Shown in pieces: positions 52,013-64,000 of a stretch of 64,000 nucleotides of DNA. Source of the stretch: Marsupella aquatica (Eukaryota; Plantae; Marchantiophyta); contig OZ316894.1 of the NCBI GenBank assembly GCA_973895155.1, positions 3,558,944 to 3,622,943 on the forward strand, in the 5' to 3' direction. A model generated the notes under the pieces. The model saw only the letters and a program-made list of their open reading frames with translations. It did not search any database and had not been told where the DNA came from. A program made the translations under genes and the position numbers. Within the stretch, counting starts at the first letter, position 1; each line of letters opens with the position of its first letter.

Positions 52013-53024
52013 CTCTTGTGGGTAAGTTGGCTGATGAACCGGCCTCATGCCTGCTGTGAGAGTATTTCTCATTTGCTATGACGTAAGACGGACGAATCAT
52101 AACTCCGTCGAAATACATGTCTGCCTTACGTTGTGTAGTCTCCGTCTCCCGCAGAGAAAAACTGATTGAAATTGGGAAATCTTGGTCTTCAACAAGAAAC
52201 TCTCCAACATCGAGCTCCATCCAGTTGTCCTGGTCCCATCTACAAATACATGACTGTTGCTGCCCTTCAAGCAGTTTCGTCGAGGGCTCTGCACCCTCCG
52301 GTGTGAAACAACAAGCGGTTTCAACTTCTGCATTACCAGTAGCCTCGAAAGTGAATACCACAGGCCCAACATCTCTAGTGAATTCATGGAAGATTCTCCA
52401 GGATAGAGTGTAAGCTCCAGGCGAGAGAAAGCACTCTAATCTGCCGGAGATGTGAAGCCACCAGACTTCTTTGAGATAGGCTACATTAGTGAACCTGGAC
52501 CCTCGTCGACTACGCTCCAAATCCCAATATCGTCTATCATCTCCCCAAGTAATATCCAATCCTCGGGCCCCAATCATTTGACAGATTCCTCCAGTTGCCC
52601 TGTCCAGCCAGTACTCATATTTGCCATTTTGGAGAAGAACTCCGTTGCACAAAAAGTCGTAAATCTCCTTCTTTGAACAAGTGCTTCGAAGTACAATTTT
52701 AGCCAGAATGCCAGGATAAAAAGGCGGCAGCATTGTTTCCCATACCGAATCAGCGAATGATGAAGCATAGAAATTACGATTCACAGACGCCAATCTCGCC
52801 ACATCCCTTGGAGTTGTCAGGCGGAGAATGCATTCTATGCAACGTTGTGGGAGATCTCCCAGACGTGGACCAGGAATTTTTGTTTGATCAAGCTCTGCCC
52901 CTGCAATCACAACATCCACAACAGGCTCTTCAGCAATTCGAGCTATCTCATGTGAACAGTGCTGATCAATTGCATGGTTTGCAATCTGAAGCTCATAGCG
53001 CTCGTGTAAGAATTCCTTTGTCAT
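52013..53024 (-). CDS. F-box + phloem protein 2 (PP2/Nictaba-like lectin) domain exon
   Basis: F-box LGDLPQRCIECILRLTTPRDVARLASV...DSVWETMLP. PP2 motifs CQMIGARGLDITWGDDRRYW, VAYLKEVWWLHISG, WMELDVGEF and FDGVMIRP. Phase-1 donor AG|GTACC at 52013. Starts either at ATG 53024 or at a splice acceptor at 52900. Confidence 0.9.
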
Positions 53025-53739
53025 GCGCCCCCATTTTTTGGACTGTGGAATTGAATTCTCCTTCACTTACATGACCCTTAGCCAAAAGAACAAATATGCT
53101 TTCAAAGATCATCAGTAAAATTTACGGCCAAGTGCAAACGAAATGCGTTGGCATACTTGTTTCGTGAGTTCCTCGAAGTATCAGCAGTGCATTTTTTTTC
53201 AACAGCAGGTCTTGAAATTCAAGCACGAAATGTAGAGATAAGCTGGTGGTTCAGAGTTTTGAGCCCATCAACGCTAAGAAGAGCAGTAGTTATAGGAGAC
53301 AAATCAACTTTCAATACAATGTACCGACTCAGATTTTGCAGATATTGATGAATAAAGTAATGCTAAGTAGTTCAAATAATCGTCAAGCTCATGAGTTGGA
53401 CATCCTAGCACTTCAGGACAGGTAAGCTCAAAATAATGTTTAGGCTAGCTCTGACCCAACAATAAATAAGCTGGGTAGTGCACTCAATACTTCATCTTTT
53501 CTAATGGCTCAAACTGCAGCTGGCAATTTTGGGTGAGTGTGAAAGGTGGGATGTGTGGAGAACAGTAAGTCCCCTTCAAGAACCCAGATGCATGGCCCCC
53601 ACTCTGGCTCGTTAAATCTTCCCCCATGGCAGAGCTGTTTGGTGTGCACTGGTAGGAGTGCCCTAATACCAACTCAAAACCTCACAAAACTTCACACAAT
53701 AGTTGATGCATGAGAAGACATCCATAACATTCAAGAGCA

Positions 53740-55075
53740 GGCTCATAAGACACAATTACCACATCCTTGTTGTAGCAAAATGATTTCACTAAACTTACCT
53801 CCTTGCTCTGAGACCGTAGAACTCTTCAGCAAGGTGTCCTCAACCCATGGCCCTGCTGTAGGGCTTGAGCTGCTAGTAGTCCCTTCCACACCAGGTACTA
53901 TCCCATGGCTTAAGGTGTCCTCAACCCATGGCCCTGCTGTACTAGGGCTTGAGCTGCTAGTAGTCCCTTCCACACCAGGAACTATCGCATGGCTTAAGGT
54001 GTCCTCAACCCATGGCCCTGCTGAGCTGCCAGTAGTCTCTTCCACACCAGGTACTATCCCATGGCTTGGGACATCAAAACCTGCAGAAGTCAACCACTTT
54101 CATGGTTTGTGTTTCATAAATGAGAATGGATGATAGAAGCCTATAGCTAAAATTTTGAAGTGTGAACACATCATTACTACGTTGTCTTGAAAATTAGTCA
54201 AGTAAAATCAAGTCACTACTCTTGATCAACATTGTCTGCATCAAATCTTCTTTTTGGAGATCTAAGGATATGATAATGCATCAATGAATGTGGAGTAGCC
54301 TTAATATAACACCTAACTAACATCTACATAAGACTCAATTACCACATCCTCGCTGTAGCAAAATCATTTCACTAAACTTACCTCGCTGTGAGACCATATA
54401 ACTCTTCAGCTTGTCCTCAACCCGTGGCATTGCTGTAGGGCTTGAGCTGCTAGTAGTCCCTTCCACACTAGGTACTATCCCATGGCTTGGGACATCAGAA
54501 CCTGCAGAAGGCAACCACTTCCATGATTTGTGTTTCATACATGGATGATACAAGCCTATAGCTGAGATTTTGAAGTGTAAACAAATCACTACCACGTTGT
54601 CTTGAAAATTAATCAAGCGTAAACAAGCCACTACTATTGATCAACATTGTCTACATCAAAATCTAAGGATATAACAATGCATCGATGATTGTGGAGTAAC
54701 CTTAACATAGCACCTAACTAACATCTACAAAAGACTCAATTACCACATCCTTGCTGTAGCAAAACGATTTCACTAAACTTACCTCCTCGCTGTGAGACCA
54801 TAAAACTCTTCAGCAAGGCGTCCTCAACCCATGCCGTTGCTCTAAGGCTTGAGCTGCTAGTAGTCCCTTCCACACCAGGTAATATCCCATGGCTTGGGAC
54901 ATCAAAACCTGCAGAAATCAACCACTTCCTTAATTTGTGTTTCATAATCAAGTTTAAACAAGTCACTGCTATTCATCAACATTGTCTCCATCAAATCTTC
55001 TTCTGGAGTTCTAAGGATATAATTGTGCATCAATGAATGTGGAGTAACCTTAAGATAACACCTAACTAACATCTC
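53740..55075 (-). repeat. Tandem triplication of an exon plus intron unit
   Basis: Exons 54908-54783, 54501-54382 and 54080-53799 all run CTGCAG|GTTYTGATGTCCCAAGCCATGGGATA...GAG|GTAAGTTTAGTGAAAT, with homologous introns. Confidence 0.9.
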
Positions 55076-58000
55076 CATAGAATTTGATCATAAGTGTCTT
55101 TGTTCAATTTACACCGTCCATGTAATAACTTTGAACATACCTTGCACAGCAGTGGACAAACCTGTATTAGCTTCCTTACAAGCATTAAAGTAAAGATAAG
55201 GACAAGTCCACAAAGTACTTTAAATTGTTTGAAGAGTATCTTAAAGCCCATGGTTGACGTATGAACCAAATAGAAATGATTACATCAAAAACTATGCAAA
55301 CAGAATAACTGCATTAAATAGGTATTGGAAAATATGCCGTTCAATGAGTTGGGGTGAATCAAGCATGAAGTCAAGTTAGAATGTACACTAAACCAAAATA
55401 AGCCTTTAGACAAGAGCTCTACTTCTTTCTTAAATTTCAGGATACAGATTTGAATGCCATAACTTGGAGGAAAAATTTAATGAGTGAATACCATGTACAT
55501 GCAACAAATATGTTGCAATGCCAAGTGAAAGCACTATGGCAAGCCCATAAGCTTCAAAGAAGTCCCACTGTGATCCAAGAACAGCATGGCCGCCCAGCAA
55601 CAACAGCCAGCTCGCTATAAGGATCCCAGTCCATGGGCTAGGGATCAAACCATCCAAAACTATCACAAGAAAGGTGTATGTCAGTACATGGAATTCAAAA
55701 CTGAGAAGTGCTTTCAGCAAACTCTTATGGTGACCTCCAAAATTCTGAAAATGGCAAGAAAAAATTACAGAGTGAAAGTAAATGCAGGAGAAAAACTGTG
55801 ATTCAAAATCAGATCTAAAATTTGAAATTGGTGGATGTAACCAGAAAACTACCTGAAACCCAAAACTCTCTTTGAACCTTTGTTGCTTCACTGTGTAATT
55901 TGAAGGTGACTCCCGCTTCCACTTCTACAGTATTTGAAGCAGAAATATAGACTCTTTTTGAAAACATGGTAAACAAAGAAGGTTCTTCAAATAAGAGCTC
56001 ATCTAGTACATTCTCAATCTGCACAAAATGGTAAATCATCATGTGATAAAAATACTCATGATAATAAGATATGACTTTTGCCTCCACACATTTACCTTCA
56101 TTTGCATTTATAGGCCCTGGCAGAATTATTAATAAGGACTTTGACAGAAAAACATATTATAGATCAGAGCTTTGAAAGAATGATTTTACTACAAGTTGAA
56201 TGGTTACCTTCTTGTAATGCAAGATGGTTACATCTGTGCTTCTTTCTGTTTCTGAGATTCCAACTTTCAAGGTTGCATTTTCAAGATTAAACCCTCTTAC
56301 TATACACTTTGGAGACTTGCCTGCATATATGGAAGACATTTTAGTTCCAATAAAACTAAGTTAATGTAAGCACATCTATAAGATCAATTTGATGGCTGCA
56401 TGAACATAAGTAGAGCATTTGACAACTTTCAAACCAAAGAATCATCAAAACAACTTACCCAGTTTGAATTTCTTCCCCTACTCCTTTGTTTAAGAGTACT
56501 AGGTTCTTTTTGGTTGGTACTCCTTCTATTAATGAAGTCAAAATTGGGCCCTGCCCCCCCCCCCCCCCCTCCTCCTCCCCTGTCCCCAACCCACAAAAAA
56601 AAACCCAAAAAAAAACCGAAAAAAGGGAACTAAAACAACTTACCAGTTAGAAGATCCAAGATGGTTTGCGGAGATCGATAAACATCTAGTATGACAGGTG
56701 TCCAATCTTTTCGGAGCATCCAACATTTAAGGCCTGCATCTGTTTGTAACAACACCATTTGTAACAACACAATCTCAGTATAAGATATATGAGACAGCAA
56801 GGTCCATCAACTACTCCCTTCCAACTTTGTGTAGAGTAACCCATCCCCTCGAGGGCTGTAATCCACAAGGGTCGGAATCCAAAAGCGTTGGAATCCCCAA
56901 GGCTGGTTAGGCTGAGGGAATTCCAGGCTTTGGCCCCCGAAGAGTGGATGGGTTACCGACACTTGGCCTGACATGTTAATATCAAAAAAGCTTTGATCCC
57001 GGCCACTAACATAGAGATTTAATTAAAACGAGGAATCCCAGGCCAAGTTGGCCACTGGATATGGCCCCACAACTCTCAACGAAAGCAGGGGGGTTGAATT
57101 GCTATTCGTGGACTAATTACAGGAAATCTATCCAGGAGATGAAGTTATGTTTCGTTTTACCAGTATGTTTGAAGACTGCCACAGAATCCAACTGCATCGT
57201 ACAATCCTTGTCGAACTTCTGTGCCATTGTCATGGGTTCAATTACTTCCGAATCCAAGAAGTCTTCCCACCAATTTCCGGTTTGGAGGCCAATTTCAATC
57301 CTCTTGTGCAAAACTCTCGAGCCAGGCATATTTGCTCGAGGCTTAATCCTTTCCACCAATGCTGAGATGCTAGTGCAATTGACAATGAACACCGCATATG
57401 GACCGGACTGAGGTTGAAGTTCTTCCACAGCCTTCTTCAATATTGCGATCCCTGCAGCGTCCACAACAATGTACATCGATTCGCGTTGGCCTTCGCTGCT
57501 GCTTTCAACTTCACCAGAAGCTCCACGACCACTGCTTCCACTTGACAGATGACCATTCCTAGAATCTATCATCAGCTGCTGACTTCCACCACCGCTCCTC
57601 TCAGCTGGACAATCACTGGTGGTACTTTCCGAGGTCTCGCTCTGGGTGACTGAACCATCTTTATGTTGACTTGGTGGAGATGAAATTGAAGGGTCTATAG
57701 CAAGACCATTACCTCGGCCTCCGGCTGATTGGTGACTGGTGCTTTCACCTGCCATCCCTGGATCGTTAATTGTCACCTTTACATCCTGGGGTGCATCCCC
57801 AGTTCTCGCTACTTTAAGGCTCTTTCCTCCACTGGTGGCATCGCGGGTGTGAACTAAATCCTTCAGCAAGCGGAAACGAGGTTCTTTACGTTTGAAAAGC
57901 CACCAGAACATTGTTATTACAACCACAAAGGCGGCACCAATAATATACGGGAGCACCCTTATCACTCCAAAGCTTTCCTTTGCCGTGATGGAGGAAATGT

Positions 58001-58715
58001 CATTCACCAAAATTTGTACTGGGACCGTCAAAACGATGAGCATTATCGGTTTCTGAAGAAACTGTGCGTATTCTTTCCACAAGGAAGGTGGCTTGCTGTT
58101 CGGTGCCATTTCGGCAACAAGCGAACTCCAAGAGATAGAAGGAACCGAATTGCCGCCAGCAGAAAGCTCCACGTGCTTAGCTCCCGAGGTGAAACCGCCT
58201 ATGAGCAATCAGGGAACAATCGTAGCTGTCAGGATGATGAACCAAATCGAGATCAAGTCCAGTTTCAACGTTGGCAGTTCTCCGCCCATAATGGTCAATA
58301 TAACACAATGCCTTTTAACGCGATACCTTGTCTATGAAGACCTACCTGCGTGAAGGATCGACAGAAGGCCGGTCACAAGCCTGCACAGACATCATGGAAC
58401 GGCTGACTTCAGATTAGATGAAGGGGAAATCACACGAAACTAGAACGTGTGACCAAGACTGAATGTAGGATTAGTCCCCGTCCTGGACTAGAATTTTGAG
58501 TTGCCATTTTGAGTTTTGCTAAGGACTTCATTATCGGATCGTTTGACTGAAATCCTGTATCGTGTGAAATAAAACAGGGGACCCTGTCTATTGTGGGATA
58601 GTGGATGAGCAGTCGATTACCCCCCCGATGGCCTTTCCTCGTTCGGTACGCTTTGTCTTCGATCACGAAACTGGGCAGTTTTCTCAGCCTGTTGCACCAG
58701 TTCGACATCATTCAT
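53799..58715 (-). CDS. Multi-exon membrane protein of unknown function (2 N-terminal TM, Ser/Gly-rich linker, unknown domain, ~3 TM, repeated exons); may continue into the F-box-PP2-TPR exons
   Basis: Phase-consistent exons 58715-58621, 58380-58346, 58198-57161, 56733-56644, 56320-56208, 56018-55878, 55744-55492, 55161-55141, 54908-54783, 54501-54382, 54080-53799 with no internal stops. The donor of exon 6 is weak. Confidence 0.65.
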
Positions 58716-59269
58716 GAAGGATTGAAACTTGTCCTTGCGGAGGGTTCAGGCTGCTAGTGACCCCAGCTCAGACAGAGAAATCGGTCTAGCTCTTCCCGAT
58801 TAAGACTCATTGACGCCCTTCAGGCAGCTATTTGATTCCAGCTCAGACATAGAGATCGATCTCTAGCTCTTCTCGGCTGAGGCTCACTGACGTCATCTCA
58901 GCGATCCAAATCGATGAGAGAGATTTATCTTCTTCCCAGAATCCGACCAATTTGAAGTGTTTTTCTCAGCATGACTATTCCAATGCTGCTCTGTTGATTC
59001 ACCTCTTCCGAACATGATCAGACGGCAATCCGGTGTTCAGGAGTCCTCAAAAGTCTGGCTAGTCCTGTACACTGACAGCAACGGGACGTCAGCTCCATTT
59101 CGGAGAAGGTCGCATACTCACGACTTTCCTCAACAATGGAAGTGCGCTTCGGCGAAGTCGCATACTCACGACTTTCCTGCACAAGGTAAGTGCGTTGACA
59201 AATCATTTCCGGACTGTTGACAAATCATTTCCGGACTATTTTTTCTGTAGGAGTCGTTGTCTGAATGGT

Positions 59270-59540
59270 CAGTGTATTTTTTAAGGATTTCACATTTTTG
59301 CCAGTGGCGAATGTAAAGTGTGTGAATAAGATGCTCAAAAGATTCACTATTTAATTACTTTTTTATCATCAGATTTCCTGAGATATAAGACTGGCCGTTA
59401 GATTCTGGCTAATGGGACCTGGGATTAGGTGGAACACTGGCTAATGAGACAACAAAAAAGTAGCCAATTTTAGCCAGAAGTGGCGAAAGACTTTTGGGGA
59501 GGTGTAATCTAGTGAATTTTCGCCACTAGAAAACACACTG
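59270..59540. mobile_element. hAT-like MITE
   Basis: CAGTGTATTT...AAACACACTG termini, subterminal AGTGGCGAA motifs, and imperfect 8-bp flanks TGAATGGT/ATGATGGT. Confidence 0.55.
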
Positions 59541-59609
59541 ATGATGGTGACGCGAACACGCTTTCAAAAGAATTCCAGGAAATTGTAGGAGTAGTGAGGT
59601 GGGATATAA

Positions 59610-60429
59610 GGGTGGCTTTACAAGAACTTGGGGGCAGCAATTCTTTTTTTTCCAAGTGAAAGATGCAATCCTAACCATTCATATGTGTGAACTGGCCACA
59701 CTTCACTTTACATGAACTTGGGGGAACAATGAACCAAAAGTATTACCGACCTAGTTATCTGTCAGTGGGTCCCTTGTGGGTCGCTTTTTTTGCTGAGGTG
59801 TGCAAGCTTTTTTGTCAAAAACTTAGACCTCCTCTTGAGGTGGTCTAAAAACTTGGAGCAAACAGCCACTTGTTTTCAGGGAATTGCATCGATTACTTCG
59901 AGACCTGACACATTTTGGCCCAGGCATTTTAACTTTTGTGGCAGGAAATGGCCATCAGCTTTGCTCTGGATGGCCCGGTTTGGACTTGCCCGGCAAATAG
60001 ACCCTTCCGAGGCCGTCAACCGGCAAGTCCCCTCTCCCCGGCCCCGTCCTCCTCCCCGGCCTCCTCACCTCTTCCCCCGGCTTCTCCTCACCCGGCCTCC
60101 TCACCCGGCCTCCCCTCCCCTCCTCACCCAGACCCGGCCGGGTCCAGGTGAGGGCGCGGGGGGGGGGGGGGGGCGGGGGCCGGGCCGGGCCGGGCCGGTT
60201 CTTGGGAAGGGAAGGGCGGTAGGGTCCGAGATGAGGCCGGGAACAGTTTGGGCCGGGCCGGGAGAAATCGGGCCGGGCCGGGGAATAAGGGCGAATATGC
60301 ATCAAATGGAGGCATTTTAGTCCGGCAATGCCGAGTTTACATGCCTGGCAACTCGGCAAGTTGCCCGTCACTTCAAACCGGGCTGGATGGAGAGAGACTG
60401 AACGGCCCCACCGTCTTGTAAAGCCCCCC
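59610..60429 (+). mobile_element. Harbinger-like non-autonomous element (820 bp) with GC-rich core
   Basis: TIR GGGTGGCTTTACAAGA / TCTTGTAAAGCCCCCC with perfect TAA TSD (59607-59609, 60430-60432). Confidence 0.9.
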
Positions 60430-63400
60430 TAAGTTCAGGATTTAGGGAGGCGAGACTTTTGAACTCTACTCAATGAAGAGCAAGAGTACAAACTTTGTAC
60501 AGGAAGGGCCAAATAGAGTACAAAAACCAAAATTCAATGCATTGTCAGGCTTTTTATTTTAGAGTAGAATATACCGTGGAGAGCTCCCGTGGATAAATGC
60601 GGCATGTATAAGTGCATTGCATCAATAACTCATTACCTCAGTAACTGCAGGTTGGTCATATAGTCATACATTATTTTTTGAGGCCGGTTTGTGGCAGGAC
60701 ACTCTTTCTCTATCTTGTCTTATTCAAATCACTTACAATATATTTTTATGTCAATCGTGATATATGCTTATGCCATGTATTATTTAGATTTAGTCATTTT
60801 CCAGCCCCTTTAATTTTTTTATTTCCTTAGTTTTTTAAGAGATCCCTATATTTCCTATCATTTTATTGATCATTTTAAGGGCATTTCCCTTTACTAGCAT
60901 GAGAATGTTGGACTCTTCAACTAGGCAACTACTATTCTATATTTGATGCAATGCAACTTATATGTATTTGGTTATAAAGTTTACAAGGTTTATGGTTATG
61001 GATCTTGAAGGTGTCACCTAAATATAGAGCCCCTCCCAATAGAACAAAAAATTGAAAAGGAACAAAGGTAGCATACTCCTCGTTGAATCACAAAGCACTA
61101 TACTTAACTACGCTGACTAGTACATTCAAATTAATGTAATTTGTTGTCTCACCCATAAAGTACTGAACCTCTCACTTTTCAAACGGTATGCATGTTTTCA
61201 TAAAATTTTCTTAGATTCATTCTTTCAATATTTGTGTTTCCTCACATGAACTCTTATAATCTTTATTTCAATTTTTTTGGATGAGTATGCCACATATGGC
61301 ACTTGTGCCCTCTGTCCCAGGCAAGTTGCAAGTCCCCACAAGGACGCCTGTTCAAATGGTGAGCGAGTCTGAAGACCATTGAGAAAATTTCTTAGTGTTA
61401 TGTTTGATGAAATAGATCATTTTCATTCTTTTGACATATCCAAACGAGGGTCCGGAAGGAAATCTATGAAACTAAATTTCAGGATTGTGGAATTCTTTGT
61501 CGCGGGGCATTCCTGAAGGTCAACCCGCACCCCGATTTCCAAGACAGAATTGAAATATTTTTGAAAACTTGTAATTTTGAGGAAAAGAATTGCCATTTCT
61601 GCTGAAATTGGTCAATTGAAATACAAAAAAACACCCTTGTCCATGTGACAAAATACTTATTGTTTGTTCCGACATTGTGTTAATTTATTGTTTTTTTGGT
61701 CGCCCCCCCCCCCCCCCCCCTGCCCAACGCCTGCTTGCAGTTACACTACACATCTTTCAGTCCCAAATTTTGGTCTGGTCCAAGTTTGAAACATGGCCAC
61801 AATGGAGCTGCTAGTGATCTGAACCAATGCTTCATAAAGTAATAGTTGAGATTGAAATATGAAGAAATATTTTAGATATGGTTGGATGAGGGAAAGTTTT
61901 TCACCAAAGCAGGTTGGAGGGTCACTTCTTGTTCTAAGATAGACTCCTTTCAGGATGAAGTTCAATAAATGTAAATGCCTTCAGTTGGACAAAAGAGCCA
62001 ACTCTTTTGAAATGAGTTGAAAAATTATAATTCCGTTGGATTAAAGAGCCAAAGTTTCAAAATGTTTCCACCGCTTGTGGAGGTGGTCCAAAATTCTAGA
62101 CAAAGCAAGCCCTCCTTGTCAACATTTACTTGTGGCAAATTCTTGTCATTTAGGATTGGTAGACACCATACTTGAATATGCCCACAATGACCTGCAACCT
62201 GACCTGGAGTGCCCAGAGTGAAAGTGCATGAAAATACTATCCTCCATGGACCTCATTTACTTATATCTTACTCTGTCCCATTTCAGTGTTTGAATTTGAT
62301 TTGTAAACAAGTGCAAGCAAATACTGAATATCTGGCAACATATTAAAATTCTCATATTTAAATTTATTTGCAACACAGAAAAAGAAAGAGCAAAACGATG
62401 ATGATCTGGGGCATTAAGTAAATTTGCAAGAAATCATGAATCTTGCAGGACATATCCTTTTAATGTTTTAAATTTGATTTGTTAGGATGGAGCACCATGT
62501 AGACCACATTTTGATGGTCCATGAGAGTTTGGGGCCTATCACTTGAATGATGATTATGAGTCCTATAATATTTTTTAGTTTTGCACCTGCAAGATAGTAG
62601 AGGGTGGAGACTTGAAAAGAACAAGCCCAAATATTTCATGCTAAGTAGCACCATGATAATTAATGTAATGGAAATTATGCTTTTGCATTTTATGATGAAA
62701 CCTCAACCAAAATGTCCGGTCAAAAATATATGGCAGTCAAAGTAATGCCCTGAAGTTCCCCTGCTGGTAATCACACATCAAAATGTGACTGTATTCATTG
62801 ATTGAAAGAAAACAAAACTATGGTTATCACGGTATGCAGGGGTGTCCTACATAATATATATCATATTTTGATGTGCAATTACGGAGACCCCTGAAGTTCA
62901 GTATGAACCTGCCGGTACGGTAGGTATTCATTTCTCAGTATTCCGCTGTAATACCAAAAAGGAAGGTATAATCACTTTTGAAGCTTCCCTCTTTTAGCCA
63001 AAAAAACAGCTACAGTAACTGCCAAAGGAGTAACCACTACTTCTGCTACAGTAGTTTTGTGGGTCAATAATCCATACAACAACAGAAACAATACTTCACC
63101 GACATTTGATGCAAGCAATGCCCCCATTTGTTCCAGCACTAAATAGAGGTAAATATAGCTGAATCTTGTAGCTGTTGAATATAGGATGGCTATTGGTGGG
63201 CATTGTTCCGCATAACTGGAAATGATGGGAAAAGGGGGACAAAGTTGCATTGCAGGCGGGACAGGGAAAGTTGAGAGCAGTTTTTTGGCATCTGTTGGGC
63301 AGGGTTCAAACTTTCTGCAAATTGGTAGAGCATTTACCTCGCATTTACCTGTATTGGTCTTCTTGGGTTTTTCCCTTCAGTTGTTGTCTCCCTTATCTGT

Positions 63401-63479
63401 ATGTGTACATTTTGGACCCTGTATGGAGCATTTTGTTCGTAGTCAGTGTGATAGAAATATTTTTAGCTGAATGCTTGAT

Positions 63480-64000
63480 TTCTCTGCTGCATATGTGTTT
63501 GAACTCACTGTACAGGAGTTCTGAGCCGTGCATCTTAACTCATAACTGGACTTTGCTTAAGTACCAAAAGTCAGATTTAGAAAAGCAATCAAAACATTTG
63601 AAGTACTGAATTATTTTGGTCAAACGTTATTGCAACTTACTTGGTCAATGAAATTATGAGTGCCCGATCTTTCTTCTGGTGCACCTTTTGACACAAAGAT
63701 GCATCATGATGACTCATCTGTATTGAAGATAGTTTATTGACACATCAATCTTTTACATCAAATATTTCTTGCAACGGATGCCACTAGCCCCCTTCCCTGC
63801 CTGCCCACGTTACTGACTGCCTGACTTATTAACATAATGGTACCTTGGTTGACAATTCTGAATGGCATAGAGTAATGTTTACTTGCTTTCAGGCAAAGGC
63901 ATTGTAATTTTTCCCGAGATTTTACCAAACCAATTTGTTTTAATGAATCTATTTTTTCTGAATTTGGCTTATACGTACAGTCAAATTTGCTGCCTACTGT
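63480..64000. repeat. Segmental duplicate of 46246-46933 lacking the MITE; runs to the window end
   Basis: Direct sequence match; empty TTAA site near 63940. Confidence 0.93.

Noticed and set aside
59790-60371. Pro/Gly/Arg-rich ORFs of 138-176 aa
   Set aside because: By-product of the GC-rich repeat core of a non-autonomous transposon.

Overview
Eukaryotic, intron-rich land-plant genomic DNA (bryophyte-like by inference), not prokaryotic. Exon models below were built by hand from GT/AG sites and reading-frame phase and have no transcript support. Main contents: (1) a full-length but decayed Ty1/copia LTR retrotransposon (12933-19355), nested in an older solo LTR that is itself nested in a TTAA-flanked MITE, plus a second solo LTR; (2) an 18-exon P-class PPR gene with a divergent C-terminal SMR-like domain (+, 24757-31531); (3) a 5-exon F-box gene of the At2g32560-like family (-, 36482-39061); (4) a minus-strand locus (50266-58715) where an F-box/PP2-lectin exon splices in frame to a TPR exon. 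Directly upstream lies a chain of phase-compatible exons encoding a multi-pass membrane protein with tandemly duplicated exons. Together these may form one ~1430-aa chimeric TM-F-box-PP2-TPR protein, the most unusual item in the window; (5) many non-autonomous DNA transposons (Harbinger/Tourist-like, hAT-like, TTAA-flanked), a tRNA-derived SINE, a CRE-type non-LTR remnant, tandem repeats, a long hairpin and a few orphan or decayed ORFs.
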